A program made the position numbers and the translations under genes. A stretch of 64,000 nt of DNA from assembly GCA_002633005.1 (NCBI GenBank), contig NMRA01000203.1, positions 566,393 to 630,392 on the forward strand, read 5' to 3'. Positions within the stretch are counted from its first letter, which is position 1; each line of letters starts with the position of its first letter. Below the pieces are notes generated by a model, which was not told the DNA's origin, did no database searches, and was given only the letters and a program-made list of their open reading frames with translations. This DNA comes from Phoronis australis. Its lineage: Eukaryota > Animalia > Phoronida. Positions 1 to 14,190 of the stretch are shown one piece after another.

Positions 1-550
1 GAAAGAAAGTTAACACTAGTGACATGCGTGTCGTTTTATGACTGACTTTCCCGTACTTGGAAGGTATTGAGGAGCAAACTCGCCATTACCCGAGTTACTT
101 TGAATCCTTAACGACTTTGATGACAGCCAGTAGCAGGCCAGATGTAACAAAATCCCGGATACTTTTTCAACGGGCATTTTCTCCCTTTTCGCATCGCAAA
201 TTTAGGTACTCGAATGCACAAGTCAGTTAGAGAGCACTGATTCAACTTTCACATCGGCAACTTGCCTTGCGCTCTAGAGTCTTTCATTGGCGGCCGTGAA
301 GAACAATAAAGGCCGTACCTGCATGAATGAAGTCAATTTTGAGATTCGAAATTTGTATTTAACGCTGCAGGTAAGAGCATAATCTAAACATTTTCTCGAT
401 GATCTAAAAACTCCATTTTGGCGCGTAAAAATGGTGGGAAAATTTTGCGATCTGGCATTTACGAATGCAAGCTGGATTTTGAAAATGCGACCTGGGATTT
501 TGGCTAGGTCGCAAAATATGACCTGGCGATTTTAATAGCGTCGAGCCCTG
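1..550. mobile_element. Terminal portion of a probable hAT-like non-autonomous element
   Basis: Ends in GAGCCCTG (CAGGGCTC on the minus strand) with subterminal gcgacctgg-type repeats. Confidence 0.35.
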
Positions 551-689
551 CTTTAGTCAAAGAGGAGATCATAATCAAGATGAAATGACAGAAAAAGATT
601 CAAAGAACTGAATGTAAATAGGCAAAAAATTTAGGGAACTTAGTTGAGTCCCTATTTGGGACTGTTTCATGCAACCTGGCTCAGGCATG

Positions 690-2360
690 CAGCATCCGTG
701 TCTGTATCTCCTTGTAGAATCATAATGAGATTTGGCAGATGTGTTCCCATGAAGCTGATGACAGCTGACAAGTTTTGGACCGATTCAACTACCACTGTGT
801 GTCTGTGTCCTCTAGTGGCAATTGTAGCTTTTTACGTTTGCCTTTGTATCTTTGGAGTTTCTTTAGGATTTACAGGAAATTTAGCAATGAAATAGGTTTC
901 TATTAAAGAGGTTTTTGGACAGATGTGATGTATTCTTTGCCACCCAGTGGCAATTTAAAAAAAATATAAGTATGTTTTTGCCTTACACCTTCCTATCCGT
1001 CAAATTGCTCAAAGGATCATTATGAAAATTAGCAGATGGGTCATGATGAGAAGACCGTGGCTGACACTGATTTGCGGATAATTTAAACTACTTTGATGAC
1101 CCCTAGTGTTAATTTTTGTTTTTTTTTTCGTCCACGACAGTATCGCTTTAATCCTTTGTAGTATTTTTGTGAAATTTGGCAAATATGTTCCTATGGAGAT
1201 GATAACGGATGACAACGAGTTTCACACCACTCCGACGGTAGGTGTGCCCCATAGTGGCAGTTTTAGTTTTTTATGTTTTTAGTTTTTTATGTCTGTCTTT
1301 GTATCTTCCAAGTTTCTTAATGGATTTTCATGAAATTTAGCATATAGGTTTCTATTATGGAGACGATGTCGTCCTCTCGTTTTTGACACATTTTACATAT
1401 TCTGCGCCACCGGTTGCAATTTAGAAAATTTTTGAGTATTTGACGTCTACTTTCCTATCCGCCCAAGTGTTCAAAGGATCATTGGCAGGTGTTTTCCGTG
1501 TGAGAAGACTGCAGCTGACGCTGATTTTCGGATGGGTTTGAGTACTGTGGCGACCCCCATTGGCAATTATTTTTTACATCCATAGCTGTATCACCTTAAT
1601 TTTTTGGAGGATCTTTGTGAAATGGGGCAGATGTGTTCCTATGGAGATGATGACGGATGACGACAAGTTTCAGACCAATACGACTATGGTGTAGGTGTGA
1701 CAATTTTATTTTTTGCATTTGCTTTTGTATCTTTGGAGTTCACTGATAGATTTTTCTGAAATTTGGCATATAGGTTTCTATTAAAGTGGCAACTATGCCT
1801 TTCTTTTTTCAGACAGATTCAATATATTTTGTGCCACCTAGTAAACAGTTTTATGATTTTGAGCTTGTTTTTTAGTGTTTGCCTCTTTATCTTCCAAACT
1901 GCTCAAGACAAAACATCATTATGAATTGTAGCAGCTGTTGATTGATTTTTGGTCAGATTTGTTACCTGTGGCATCCCCTTGTGGTATTTTTGTATTTTTG
2001 AGACCATGGCTGCACCTCCTAATTCCTTTGTATGTTTATGAACTTTTCCATGTGTTTTGCTATAGATGTGACAGTGGCTGCCCATGGCTTTGGGCCGCTC
2101 TGACTACCACTATTCCCGCAGTAACAATTTTAGTCTTTACCTTTGCCTCTATGTTCTGAGTTCCTTGATGTTTTCTGTGAAATTTAGAAACAAGTTTTTA
2201 TTATGAAGGTGACAGTTTCTCTCCAATTTGTGATGGATTTAACGTATTCTGCACCATGTAGTGGCCATGTCAGTTATTTTTTAGTTTGCCTTGTTGTCGT
2301 GTGCTTCTGTATTTGCCAATCTGCTCAGAGGACCGTTATGGAAATTGTCGTATGTGTAGG
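690..2360 (+). repeat. Helentron/DINE-1-like (HINE) repeat with diverged internal tandem units
   Basis: Recurring units of about 130-160 bp containing catgaaatttggca and ccctagtggcaatt; the same family recurs throughout the window. Confidence 0.65.
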
Positions 2361-3462
2361 TTAGGTCATTGCTTTGTATGGAGGTTTGCATTGTCATCAG
2401 TTTACAATAATCCAGTATTGCTTATAACTGATCCTTTAGTCAATGACCATGAGCCGGAGAGAAATGTAAGATCACTGCCACAACTGGCAATAAATACTAT
2501 TCCAGAATTGTAATACAGTTTCATTGCATTTTTTATTCTGTTAACAATTACTAATTGCTCATTATAGCTTTGTATTTGGTTTAAGATTGTAAAGTTAGCA
2601 CATTGATGGCACTTTAAATGCTTATAAAGTAGGCAGAGTAATTACGTAATATATAACGTTAGTGTGGACTGACATTGTGTGTTCATATTGTTGTTGGCCG
2701 TACCACTTGTTATAAGAGATCTTCATGAAATTTGGCAAACGCAAGTTCCATGAAGCTGGATATTCTGATTTTAATTAGACTCATTAAGCTGGTCAACCCC
2801 TTTATTTGTGTTTCCGCTCTTACAGAAAATGGACAAACAGACAAAGATGGCGCTATTGTGGAAGAAAATGTGTAACTTCAAGTCATGTGAGTGGAAACAT
2901 TTGTTGGTGTTAAAGTTTTACTGTTTTGCAATTATTATTATTTTAGCATGTGGAATCTATCATCTATCAGTATTTTTCAATTTTTTTAGTTGACTGGGTG
3001 TGCTGGGATGAATCGCTAATTGAAATCAGTTATGAGTGAAAAACACATTTTATCATAAGGTTGCGTGGTACTGAAGCAACCTATGGTCCGTGTTAGCCAT
3101 TAAGTCTACATTATTGTACTGTTTACTTTAGGACCTCCACCTACCAAAAAGTGTGGGATGGTCATATTCATGGTGATGATCCTAGTTTCAATGGGCAGTC
3201 CCTTTTATGGTCTTATTGCTAGTGACAATGCTGCCTTTTGACTCGGAACACCAGGCTTTCAAGGTGCTTTCAAGAACGTTTTCTTGGTGACCGTTGGTTA
3301 AACTATAGCCTTTATTAGATCTGACAACAGGCTGAGATCTTGTTTCTGCATTCATTTCCATTGAGTTAATATATTAACTGGCCTCCTCTGCACTAACATT
3401 AAGCTGGCATAGATGTCTTTAAACAGTTGTGGCATGTAGGGTAAGCCACACTAGACTGTTGG

Positions 3463-3885
3463 ACATCAACACCGACTGTTATTTCATTAGCTCTCATAGT
3501 TACACATTACATTTACATCAACACAGACTGTTACTTCATTAGCTCTCATAGGTACACATTACCATTTACATCAACACAGACTGTTATTTCATTAGCTCTC
3601 ATAGTTACACATTACATTTACATCAACACAGACTGTTACTTCATTAGCTCTCATAGTTACACATTACCATTTACATCAACACAGACTGTTATTTCATTAG
3701 CTCTCATAGGTACATATTACCATTTACATCAACACAGGCTGTTATTTCATTAGCTCTCATAGGTACATATTACCATTTACATCAACACCGACTGTTACTT
3801 CATTAGCTCTCATAGGTACACATTACCATTTACATCAACACAGACTGTTACTTCATTAGCTCTCATAGGTACACATTACATTTAC
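3463..3885. repeat. Minisatellite, ~53-bp unit, ~8 copies
   Basis: Repeated acatcaacacagactgttatttcattagctctcatagttacacattaccattt. Confidence 0.95.
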
Positions 3886-6321
3886 CCAGTGGCACTTACT
3901 TTTCATTGATAGAACTTTTACCCCATTCACAATAATCATTTTATGTTAACTTTATCTTTCGCTTTTACAGAAAAGTTCAGTCTGTTGTCCAGCTCAAAAG
4001 TTGTCATGGAAAAGCTTTCATTTGAGTGTGGACTATGAACATAAAAGTCTGAAGATAGCAGTGGAGGTGAAGCATTTTAGTATTGGGAAGAGTTAAAGTC
4101 AAACCAGTGACATGTCAGAACAGGTGAATAATGTCAAAATATTGCTTCTACTCCCTAGAAAGTCACCCATCGTAGTCCCCACTGTAGAACCTAATTGTGA
4201 TGCAAAGGAAAACTTTGCTGTTATTAGGAATAGAAGGGATTTACATAGTATGTTTACAGTTTTTCGTTTCCCTACAGTTTTTTAATAATGTTACTGGTAG
4301 TAGTAAATAATGATTGCAGTATGACTATTGCATATCTGATTTTTGTTAACTGCTGTGTGATTTTGTCATTTTGTCATCTTGTTTCAATAGTGTTCCAGTT
4401 AGTGTCAAAATTACAATCTGTTGGACTATTTGGAATTGTGCTGTTTGACTTGTATAAATTGTACAATCGCTCACCAGCTTATATTATCCTTACTGATGAT
4501 GCAGTTGTTTAGGGTCCTAAATTGTGGAACAGCAATTATGAAGAATCATTCTGACTTTGTTTATTATTCAAAATATGTCCAATGCTGTTACTGAGTAATA
4601 GTTTATTTAGTTAGAATGATGCCTTTGGGTTTTTAAGGAATTTTAAATCCAGTTTATTTGTAACTTTTAGACTTTTACTTGTTTTACACTACTTGGTATG
4701 TGTATATATTATGGTTTTGTTGTAAACATTATTCATTTTAAGAGTGTATGCTTCATTGATAACACTTCAGCAACTGTCTTTGTCCAAAGAGTTGGACCTA
4801 CTGTAAAACTCACAGAAGTTGGATGTGGATAAATTGAAATTTCATGTAACGCAGATGTGGCACAGATATTCTAGTTCGCGCATTCAACCCCTCAGGTTAA
4901 GTTGGATTTCATGTAACAAATTAAATCTGTTGGATCAGACTTATGCAAGTTTTACAGATGTTAGTTGATGAATATTTTAGCTGTTACTTGTTCTGTCTTA
5001 TTAAGAATAGGTGAGGCAGCGTATATTTTGTATCATGTTAAATCCTGCCATTAATGAACTTTGGTTGTTGCTAATACATCTATCCACTCCGATGGTCCTA
5101 GTAACAATATAGCATCACAAGAAAACTCGAAATTTAATCATTCAAAAATATCCGCCCACCATGTCGTACTTTTGTGCTTATGACGCCATCTGATGTCGAT
5201 GCAAGAACACGGAACATACTGCATTAAGGCAATGACTGAAAGTTGTGCTAGTCAAGAGGAGAGGAATGTTGAAAGCTGAATTATTGTTTTTAAAGATCTC
5301 CATGAGTATTTTGAGGTAGGCAACTGTAAATGCTGGTCATTTGCAAGTATACCTGTCTTAGAATTGGACCGGCCAAACAGATAACACTGGTCAGCTCAGT
5401 GTGGTGCCTCGCACACCATTTTAAATGAAAACCAATTAAAAAAGTGATGGTAGAATAAGTAATTCTTTACATTATTTCTGAGTTAATAGTCTGTCTTTTT
5501 GATAATTTTGGCTAATGGCCGAAGAGTGGCTAAATGTTGAGCAAGTGAAGTTAAAGATCCTGGCACACAAGTTTCATACGTTTCGTAGTACGGTTCTTCT
5601 ACTGTGAGACATGCATGTATTGCCCTTTGGTAGCAAATATGGTTTTAGATACTTAACCCTTTATCATAACAAATCTTTGCAATAGAACCTTACCCTAGGC
5701 CGTATAATGGCTTGGTTGACCCACACCATCGTGATTGTCTATTAAATAAATTGGCACTTGATGTTTATGAAACTAAAGACGTGTCAGGGACTCCCTAGCT
5801 GTAATTTTAGAAATAAGCACAGAAACTGAAATCGCTGCATACACACTAAACTGTATGATTTATTGTGTCTGCGTGCTCGTCTCGACTTTCTGACCTCTCG
5901 TGGTGACATAGCATGTGGTTTGTTAGTGGGTCTGTAATACCCAACATTTTTTTACATTTGCTGGGGGATTTCAGCGCAGTGTTTACTGTTGAATTGAATC
6001 CAAAATTAGCTAGCACCTTGACTCACAAGCATTGCATAGTGAACCATGTTCAAATTTGATTTGTTTAGGGTTTGCCAACCACAAAAACTCTGAAGCATTT
6101 AGGAATGAATATTACAAGCTCAATTTAACTTAATTTAACTTAAAAGTGTCTTGATTCAGTTTGTTTTTGGTTGCTAAGTACTGAGAAAAAGTAGTTTTAA
6201 TTGCCTTGAAGTGATCAATATTGTGATCTTACAAACATGGTTCTAGAACCAAATTTGGATATGCTACATGTAACATTCAAGGTTGGCTTCGATAAAGTGG
6301 TTTCGCAACCTCTAACATGGT

Positions 6322-6484
6322 TGGGTGGATCCAGGATTTTGAGTTGGGGGGGGCAGGGCAGACAGTATTAGCCAGGATTTTGCCCATCAGACATTCGCAA
6401 CCCCGAACTGTGAAATGGAATCTGGGAGAATTTTAGGGTGGGGGGCATGGCCCCCTTGCCCCCCCCCCTCTAAATCCGCCACTG
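6322..6484. mobile_element. MITE of the same G-rich TIR family
   Basis: gggtggatccagga...poly-G/poly-C...aaatccgccactg. Confidence 0.6.
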
Positions 6485-7791
6485 TCTTATCAAAGCAATG
6501 AGCTTTCAGGAGTTTTTAGAATAATTAGCAGAATGAATTTTAATTGAGTACTTTAGAATTTTCAATCAATGGACTGTTAGCATTCAATGATTGCTTATTA
6601 AATATTTGTAGTTGGGTGAATTATTAATGAACTTGTGTTCAATAAACTGTAAATGTCTTTAATGCCTGTGAAGTTAACAGCAACCGGTTTATTTCCACAA
6701 AGTGAATTACATGCAGCATTCAAAACCTGCAAGATCAAAAGCATTTGTGCAATCATACATGTCGACTCTCACACGGATCACCTGAAAGTCTTACGAATTT
6801 CAAGGCCATAAGGAAAGAATACTTGAATATCTAAATTAGATTTTTTTCAAAATGCTGGATTTAGACGTCAATTTATTCTTAAAATTTTATCGACGAGTCC
6901 ACACTTCAACTTAACATGTTTACATCGGATGAATAGTCAGTTCCTGAATATTCGACTGGGCCGAAATAACATGGGTATGCGCATTAAAGATTGTGCACAT
7001 ATTCAGACGACAAGTTACAAACCCCATTTCATAATGGTCTCAGAATCGAAGAAATGAAATGTCTACTTAGGAAGTCTTGTTATCTGATAGATTCTTACTG
7101 AAAATTGCACGTTTTTTTCTTCAAAACCATACAGGCAACGTTCACAATGGGTTGACACGTATTAAAATTCTGTTTGTCAAAATATGTCACAAGTAAAATT
7201 CATCTTCAGTACGTGTGAGCTTATTTGTGTCAACGAATTTCCTTTACTATTTATTGAAATTCATCAGTTGTACAACACTGCATACAAATTTTGCCGGCTT
7301 TGAGATTTGATAAGTGAACTTTGTGAAGCTTCCATTTCAAAATTTATGGTGTGGAATCAATCCAGCGGCTACACCCGTGCTAAATACTCTGGACAGTCAG
7401 CCATGACTTAGAAGATACTGTTAATTACGTCAGTTTTTGGCTAGTCCAATATCTGGGGCCTGTTTTTTCAATCTTCATTAGTTCGGTCGTACTCGTGTTA
7501 TTGCAAACATGACACGTTCATGAGAACTGATCAGTACTCTGTGTATTAAAGTCAGAGCACATCTTCAGAGTAGAGATGGAACACCGAGGTCCAGCCATAG
7601 TATTAATGACTCTAGCCACTCCATTTTCCCCCTTCTAGAACAATAACAAGTAGTTGAAATCTATACAGTTGGATCAAGGAGTGTACACTCCTTGGTTGGA
7701 TCGAGAGCCAGCAGGACTTTATTTACACTTTCGAGAGAAAAAGCTTGGAGTGCGTAATTCTATCATTGAAGGAAAGTTGCATCCGTAATCC

Positions 7792-10700
7792 TAGGCTAAT
7801 TGGTTCCCAGGGGTTCTATTTTGAGTGCAACATCCGTTCCAATTTTGTTTCATTTAAATCATCCCTCAAATTAAAATTGTGCAACTTAAGTCTTAAATAC
7901 CAGGAAAACTGAAGCCTGCAGGGGTTATTAATTAAGACACCTGCTAATTAACGATTTTTTAAACTTTGCAAGTGCAACAAAAATTCTCTTTGGAAAAGAG
8001 TTTAGTAATCCCGGACATCATATCCATAACTCTAAGACGCGATTTTTCAGCATCCTAGGGTTTGTAGATAAGACGGGGGTGTTTGGACCCCGGGGGTGTT
8101 TGGACTCCGGGGGATAAGAAGATGCTCAAAAATGAACTTTCCTAAAAACAGAAAGTATAACAATTTTGATTGGTGTTTGGACCCAGGATAAGAAGACTTA
8201 AAAATGAATTTGTATAAAAGAGCAACAGAACAACAATTTCGGTTACTGTCACGGATAAATTATTACTTTAAATGAACAAAAATACAACTTAAGACATGGA
8301 ATTTCGACAGTTATTAATTAAGACACCAATGAATAGCCAATTAACGATTTACTCTCAAGTACAACAACAATGAACAAATACTTAGATACAGTGGGATTAA
8401 TAAATAAACTGTCTTCAAATTAAAGCTGAACTGCTTGAAACATGTCTGTTGGCAACAAATGAAAGTATGAGGACTGTAATGTATGACGCAGACTATTGTT
8501 TCACGGTAAATCTAAAAGACAATTCACTCTGTTGTAATTTGACTGCAATGCTATCATCTCATTCGTAATCGTCACTGTCAGATCAATTTCTCTTGGTGGA
8601 GGATTTTAGTCTACACCACTCTCCATGCCACCATCTCTGCAACATCGCAACCATTGTCAACTGGCTCCGTTTCGACTTGAAATTCAAGAATGAGCGTAGG
8701 TGCATCTGTTTCGCGCTTAACCAAATGATGCGAAATTCGCCGTCGACATTTACCCATCCATTGATTAAATTGGTGTTGATCCAAGATTTGGTGATGAGCG
8801 CTACCCCATAGTTAAGCAACCAGTGCACTTCTGTAACGTGAAGTGCTTGTTCCGCTTCACACAGTGGAATATTGCAGTCCCCAATGCAAGTTTCTCAACT
8901 GGGTGATGTTTTTTTTTGCAAAGCCCCAGAAATCGCGATCGCCTTATATTCGGCAGGTTCTCATTCACTCCCCTATTATATATTCACTAGTAAGATCGAG
9001 CTCAGAGGAGTGGAGACACTTCTGTGCACTGCTCGATTGAAGCCAGAATTAAAACCCAGGTCTCCCAAACAGAAGTCTGGAGCTCAAACCACTGAGTCAC
9101 ACGGTCTCGTCATTTGATGCTCATTTGTAGGTTTTGTTAACCAGTGAGGGAAAAGTTTTCGTGCTCCGTACAACACAGACAAAATCCTGAAAGATTTGGT
9201 GATGACTTCCTCTTTGGGACATTGCGGCTCAGTGAAACAAAAGCTCTCTGGAACTTTGTCACAATTGCATATGGTCTATTCATTCCTTTCCCTACGACAA
9301 AGGCAAAGATACAGTCAAACCCAGTGAACGTATGTAGCCTGGGAATGCAGCGCACATAGCTTGGCCTCTCTCTCCCTCCCTTCTTCTCTCCCTCCCTACC
9401 TCCCTCCGTCTCTCCTGCGACATGCAGTGGAATTGGACCCGTCATGGTCACTGACAGTGCCTTTCAGAAATTTGAACAAGTTGCTTCTATCCGGGCGAGC
9501 CATCATACCATCACTTTTACACATTGGCAGTGCCACCGGTGAGGAAATGAGAATACATGTCACTCGTTGCTGCTGTGAAGGCAATGCGACCAAGAAGTAA
9601 AATTGTATGGTAGGTGCCTCTGTGCTGTTTGTGTTAGCTTTTTGATTGGGTCCACATTCACTTGCGGACGTGCGAAGATGATTTTTACGAATCACTTGGA
9701 CAAAGCTACACATATGTCTATTTTTGCCGTCTTCTGGAATGTTTCAAAATGATATAATTGTGGTATCTGTTACACTGTTTCCAGTGCTGATGTTCACGAG
9801 AGGCAAGCTTGGATCAAGTGTGGAAGAATTGACGTTCTGCTCGGTGATATGCAGATAGTCATTGCCTTGCTTGATTATGGTTGGACTGAGGTCAGTTTGA
9901 GCATCTCATGTATTGCTCATTCTGACCATAGTAGTGACCACTTCGTTCACAATCTCCGCTCGGCTGCTCTTGGTAAAGGTCTATCATACTTTTGATTGGT
10001 AGTTATTTGTGGACGATGCATATCCTGTCACTCAGGGGGATCGGTACTGGCATGGTCTGGTTAAGATTGACTGAATTCTGCGCAAATTTATTGTATGACC
10101 GTCTGACAGAGAAGCCTCCATTCTCTAAAATCTGTCGCTCGTCGTAATTAGACATTTTAAGTAGGTCATGAATTGGTCGTAAGTAGATTTTTTGTTCCTT
10201 TGGATTAACGATTTATCCATAGCATCAATCATAATATTTGTATTCAGTGCTGTAGTGGGGCGTAGACGCAGGTTGGTGCAGTCAACCACCTTTTGGTAAT
10301 TGAACGTAGCGCCTGCGCACCGTATGTTATGTTAAGTGCTCAAAGTGATACATTGGGCTTGGGGGTGCCTACTTACCACTACAGCACTGTTTGTACTTCC
10401 CTTATACAAGCTCATTACGAGGGTCTTCTTGTCCGTCAGAATCCAAACATCGTCTTATCTACTAACCCCAGAGAAAGTCGCCATAGTTGCGGATATGGTG
10501 TCCAGGGTTGTTAAACTATCTTCCGAAAAAAACAATTTTTGTAGCACTTGACATTAAATAAATCGGGAGTTGGTGTCTTAATTAACAACTTAACTATTCC
10601 CCATGGCTTATTTTTGTTCATTTGAAATTGTTTTATCCATAGCAGTAATCAAAATTATTGTACTTCCTCTTTTAGACAAGTTCATTTTTGAGGGTCTTAT

Positions 10701-11152
10701 TACCCCTAGGGGCCAAAACACCCACGTCTTATCTGTAAACTCCAGGAAAAATCACGTCTTAAGTTGTGGATTTGGTGTCCAGGGCTGCTTAATTATCTTT
10801 TGCAAAAATAATTTTTGTTGCACTTGAAAGTTAAAATAAACCATTCATTGGTCGTTAATTAGTAGATGTCTTATTTCATAACCCCATGCATGTTCACGTC
10901 TTAAGTTGCGTCAGTTTAACTTGAGGGGTGAATTAAATGAAACAAACTTGAAATGGAGGTTGCACTCAATATTTTATTTAAATGGATTTGAGGCACCTCT
11001 TTTGGAGCCCGCAGGGACCAAAACACAGATCTCTATCCAAAAACTGCCTGTATAGAATGTGCCAATCCAATACACAGATCTCAAACCAATAATTGCCTGC
11101 AAGGCAAGTGACACTCCAATCCACAGATCTCAATCCAACAACTGTATGCCTA
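7792..11152 (-). mobile_element. Decayed, internally deleted AcademX-like DNA transposon with long imperfect TIRs
   Basis: About 7800-8230 is the reverse complement of about 10560-11020. Minus-strand peptide remnants: SPVALPMCKSDGMMARPDRSNLF, LHTFTGFDCIFAFVVGKG (XPG/H3TH-like TGCD motif), LYGARK and NGWVNVDGEFRIIWL. The exact ends are uncertain. Confidence 0.65.
8950..9110 (-). mobile_element. tRNA-derived SINE inserted in the Academ remnant
   Basis: Minus strand gtgactcagtggtttgagctccagacttc..., homologous to 52670-52805. Confidence 0.65.
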
Positions 11153-13260
11153 GCATGTGATACTCCCAATACAAGATTAAGGAAAATACAAACACCATTT
11201 GTTTACGTCAACATCAATTTGCTATACAATATGTGCCGGAGTGAAAAGATACAAAGTCTAATGTAAAATCAGAAATGCGATTGTTTAAGAGGCAAAAACT
11301 TACGAGCAAGCAAACTCACAAAGCCATATTTATAATTACATGCACCATAGACTAATCTCTTGCCTGATAGTTCAGGCCTCTTCATGAAAAAAGCAGTGGA
11401 GTTGAAACATAATGGTTGTGAATGTGTTATCAAATTAGTTTATAAAATGCTAATATAGATAATCCAAACATGATGAATTGCTAATATAGATAATCCAAAC
11501 ATGATGAATAACTAATGATCTTGGCAGTTCTCAGTACACACTAGATACTGAAAGATACTGAAAGATGTGAGAATGCCACTAATTAAGCAATTAATATAGA
11601 TCTAAAGCATAGTACTAAGAGGTAAAACGAAAATAAATGAAAACAATAAGTGCACAAAACAAAAAAGATAAAATGACAGGTCAGTTTAAAAGCATTCAAC
11701 AACAGACAAGTAAGTATGCATTGGTTAGCTCAGGTGTAAGACGAACATTTGTTCTGCAATGGCATGCCTGCCATTTCAAAAGACAATTCCGTTAACAAAG
11801 GTGAACTTGAAAAACCATGTTCTTCATGTTACCATGGCAATGACTAAAATTACTTGTCTACTAGATTACCCTTTGTCAATTATTAAATATACATATCATA
11901 CAAATAACCACAACAAGACATGCTCCACTACATAAAAGTTTCAAAAATATTTTCACCAATCCTCGATTTCCCCAGCTTGATAATAACAAAGATATTAACT
12001 AATTAATGCACAGTATTTTAGACCCATGCATCTATAGATAAAGTAATGGATTCTTTCAAAGCTTCAATAAACGTGAAAATATGTCAAATTAGCAAAATGT
12101 TAATGCCACAAAAACACCTGCTATTGATTTTCAGTGTCACAACACCTTTGAATTAAAAAATGACTACAATAAACTTGTCACAAACATTTCACTGGTTTAG
12201 CATTTGAACACAAAAGGGGTGTTTTGTGGCTTCCTTACTTTCCTTCATGACTACAGTAAATCAAAAAGGGGAGGATATTTAAAAAAATAATTCATAATGA
12301 AGACGCACTTTTTAAAACCGCTACAACTGTCGTAGATCTTTTTTATCACAGTTTCTCAACAAATGTCCAGTGGTTCAAGAGTCAGTACTTTCATTAATAC
12401 TGTATAAAATATTCCTCCTGCAGCACACCTACAAAACATAACACAAACGAATGAACATAAAACTGGGACTTGTTGCCAAATAAAGGTCAAAAAGAACAAT
12501 ATAAGCTACGTATTGAGTACTGAGCAAGTACTGAGCAAGTACTGGCAATATAATGGTAAATCTTCATCAGTTTAGCACACAATAAGCTTGACAGGTGGCA
12601 TTTTACTTTGTAATGTATTTCCACAAAAACAAAGATTATGAAAATATTAGTACATTATTAGGTTGGTTGCAGGTGTCATGAAACAATATTCATGGTAAAG
12701 TTTCCATTTACAGCATAGCAATCAGCCAAAAAATGGCAAAACTGGCAATTATTTTTGTTCAAAATAAGTGGAGAATTGCGGTCAATAGACTGGCGATAAC
12801 ACTACTGACTTGGTTGAGCTAGATCATGATTTTCACCCAAGAGGTGCAGTGAAAATATTTCTAGTAAGAATGCACAGAAATGAAGATGATGCCATTTAAT
12901 ATGAGATGTCATCTGTCATGAGGTCAGGAAGTGAACGAGTTCATCCTTACTACATTTCCTTTTAGAGAATGTACAAAATATGCAAAATACAATGGCATTT
13001 AGGTGTGCTTTTTAGAGTCTATTAAAGCGGCAGGAAAATATGCAATATACAGCTCTCAAATTTTCATATTCTCATATTTTTGTTTCAGATTTACACATTT
13101 TTGATAAAGGAAATAACATTGAAATAAATTCTATAACCATAACTAAAAGGTTGTTTTTTGTAAAATTTTGCTAGGCTAAGTCAAACATTTTGATATTTTA
13201 AGGATATGAAAATGCAATATTAGCTGATTCAAGTAAACTCTGGATATTTCATAAATATAG

Positions 13261-13416
13261 ATTATTACATGGCAAAGTTGTTATCCCCCGTTATCTAGAG
13301 CAAGAGTGGATTTTGGAGAATTATCGCATGAGGGGCGTAAGCCCCGAGGGTGATAATTCTCCAAAATCCACAAGGGCTCCAGACAAAGGGAATAATGACT
13401 GAGAACATGTAATAAT
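13261..13416. repeat. Long imperfect palindrome (hairpin-type non-autonomous element)
   Basis: attattacatg...gtggattttggagaattatc...ggggcgtaagcccc...gataattctccaaaatccac...catgtaataat. Confidence 0.7.
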
Positions 13417-13965
13417 CTATTTATACCACATACTGAACGAGAAACATTGCAATGAATCGATATACCTTTCTCGACTCTCCTCGGCTTTGTAACTACTTTC
13501 TATGTCAGAGGCCCGGGGACAGAGGTCGTGACCTTTTAAGAAAAGCCGAGCTATTTTTGTCAAAAAATGCTTATACTCAAAACCAATTGAAAATTTAAAC
13601 AAAATAGAAATAAATGGAATCTATAAATTAAGGTTTAGCAACTATTATAGCTTACTACACATTTTATCACGCTAAGCTTCGACCGGGAAAATATCGTCTG
13701 CTAACGTACGTAACCACAAGTAACTGACTATAATGCTCAAGTCAAAGGATCCCGACGACACGATACCCGCATTTAAATTGGAGATCGGTGAGTTCCAAGT
13801 GAGAGAACACAAGAGATAAATTTCACTGAATTAAAATATTGTTTTTATGCAAACTATGCGTCTTATTTTTCATAGTGTATAAATGTCGGTGCAATGCTCT
13901 TTGCTGAACATGCGATTGCTGCGTGAGCTCAATTAAATATTCTATTTTCACATTCGACGACGTGA

Positions 13966-14190
13966 GCCCCTGAGTGGTGTAGTGGTAAAGTTGGCGACTC
14001 GAAACTCTTGAGGCCCGGGTTCGAATCCGGCCTCGGTTTCCCGCCAAAATGTTATCTCGCTACTGAGAAAACTTTATGGGTAATTACACTGTTGTATCTA
14101 CCATTCGAGGCTAATATTGTGGTCTAATACATTCTGAAACATTTGTTCTTCCCGCCTGTGTATGTATGGACAAAATTAAATGACTTATTT
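13966..14190 (+). mobile_element. tRNA-derived SINE-like element
   Basis: A box TGGTGTAGTGG (13975) and B box GGTTCGAATCC (14018); no complete cloverleaf; 3' end approximate. Confidence 0.6.

Noticed and set aside
644-2513. Short hydrophobic ORFs here and at 18702-20086 and 62062-62492
   Set aside because: They fall within the HINE-like repeat and have no recognisable domain.
3463-3885. CRISPR-like appearance of the regular repeats (also 36881-37212 and 63604-63968)
   Set aside because: They are head-to-tail units with no unique spacers, there are no cas genes, and the context is eukaryotic.
13966-14045. Functional tRNA gene
   Set aside because: A and B boxes are present, but there is no convincing acceptor or anticodon stem and no terminator. 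It is treated as a SINE head.
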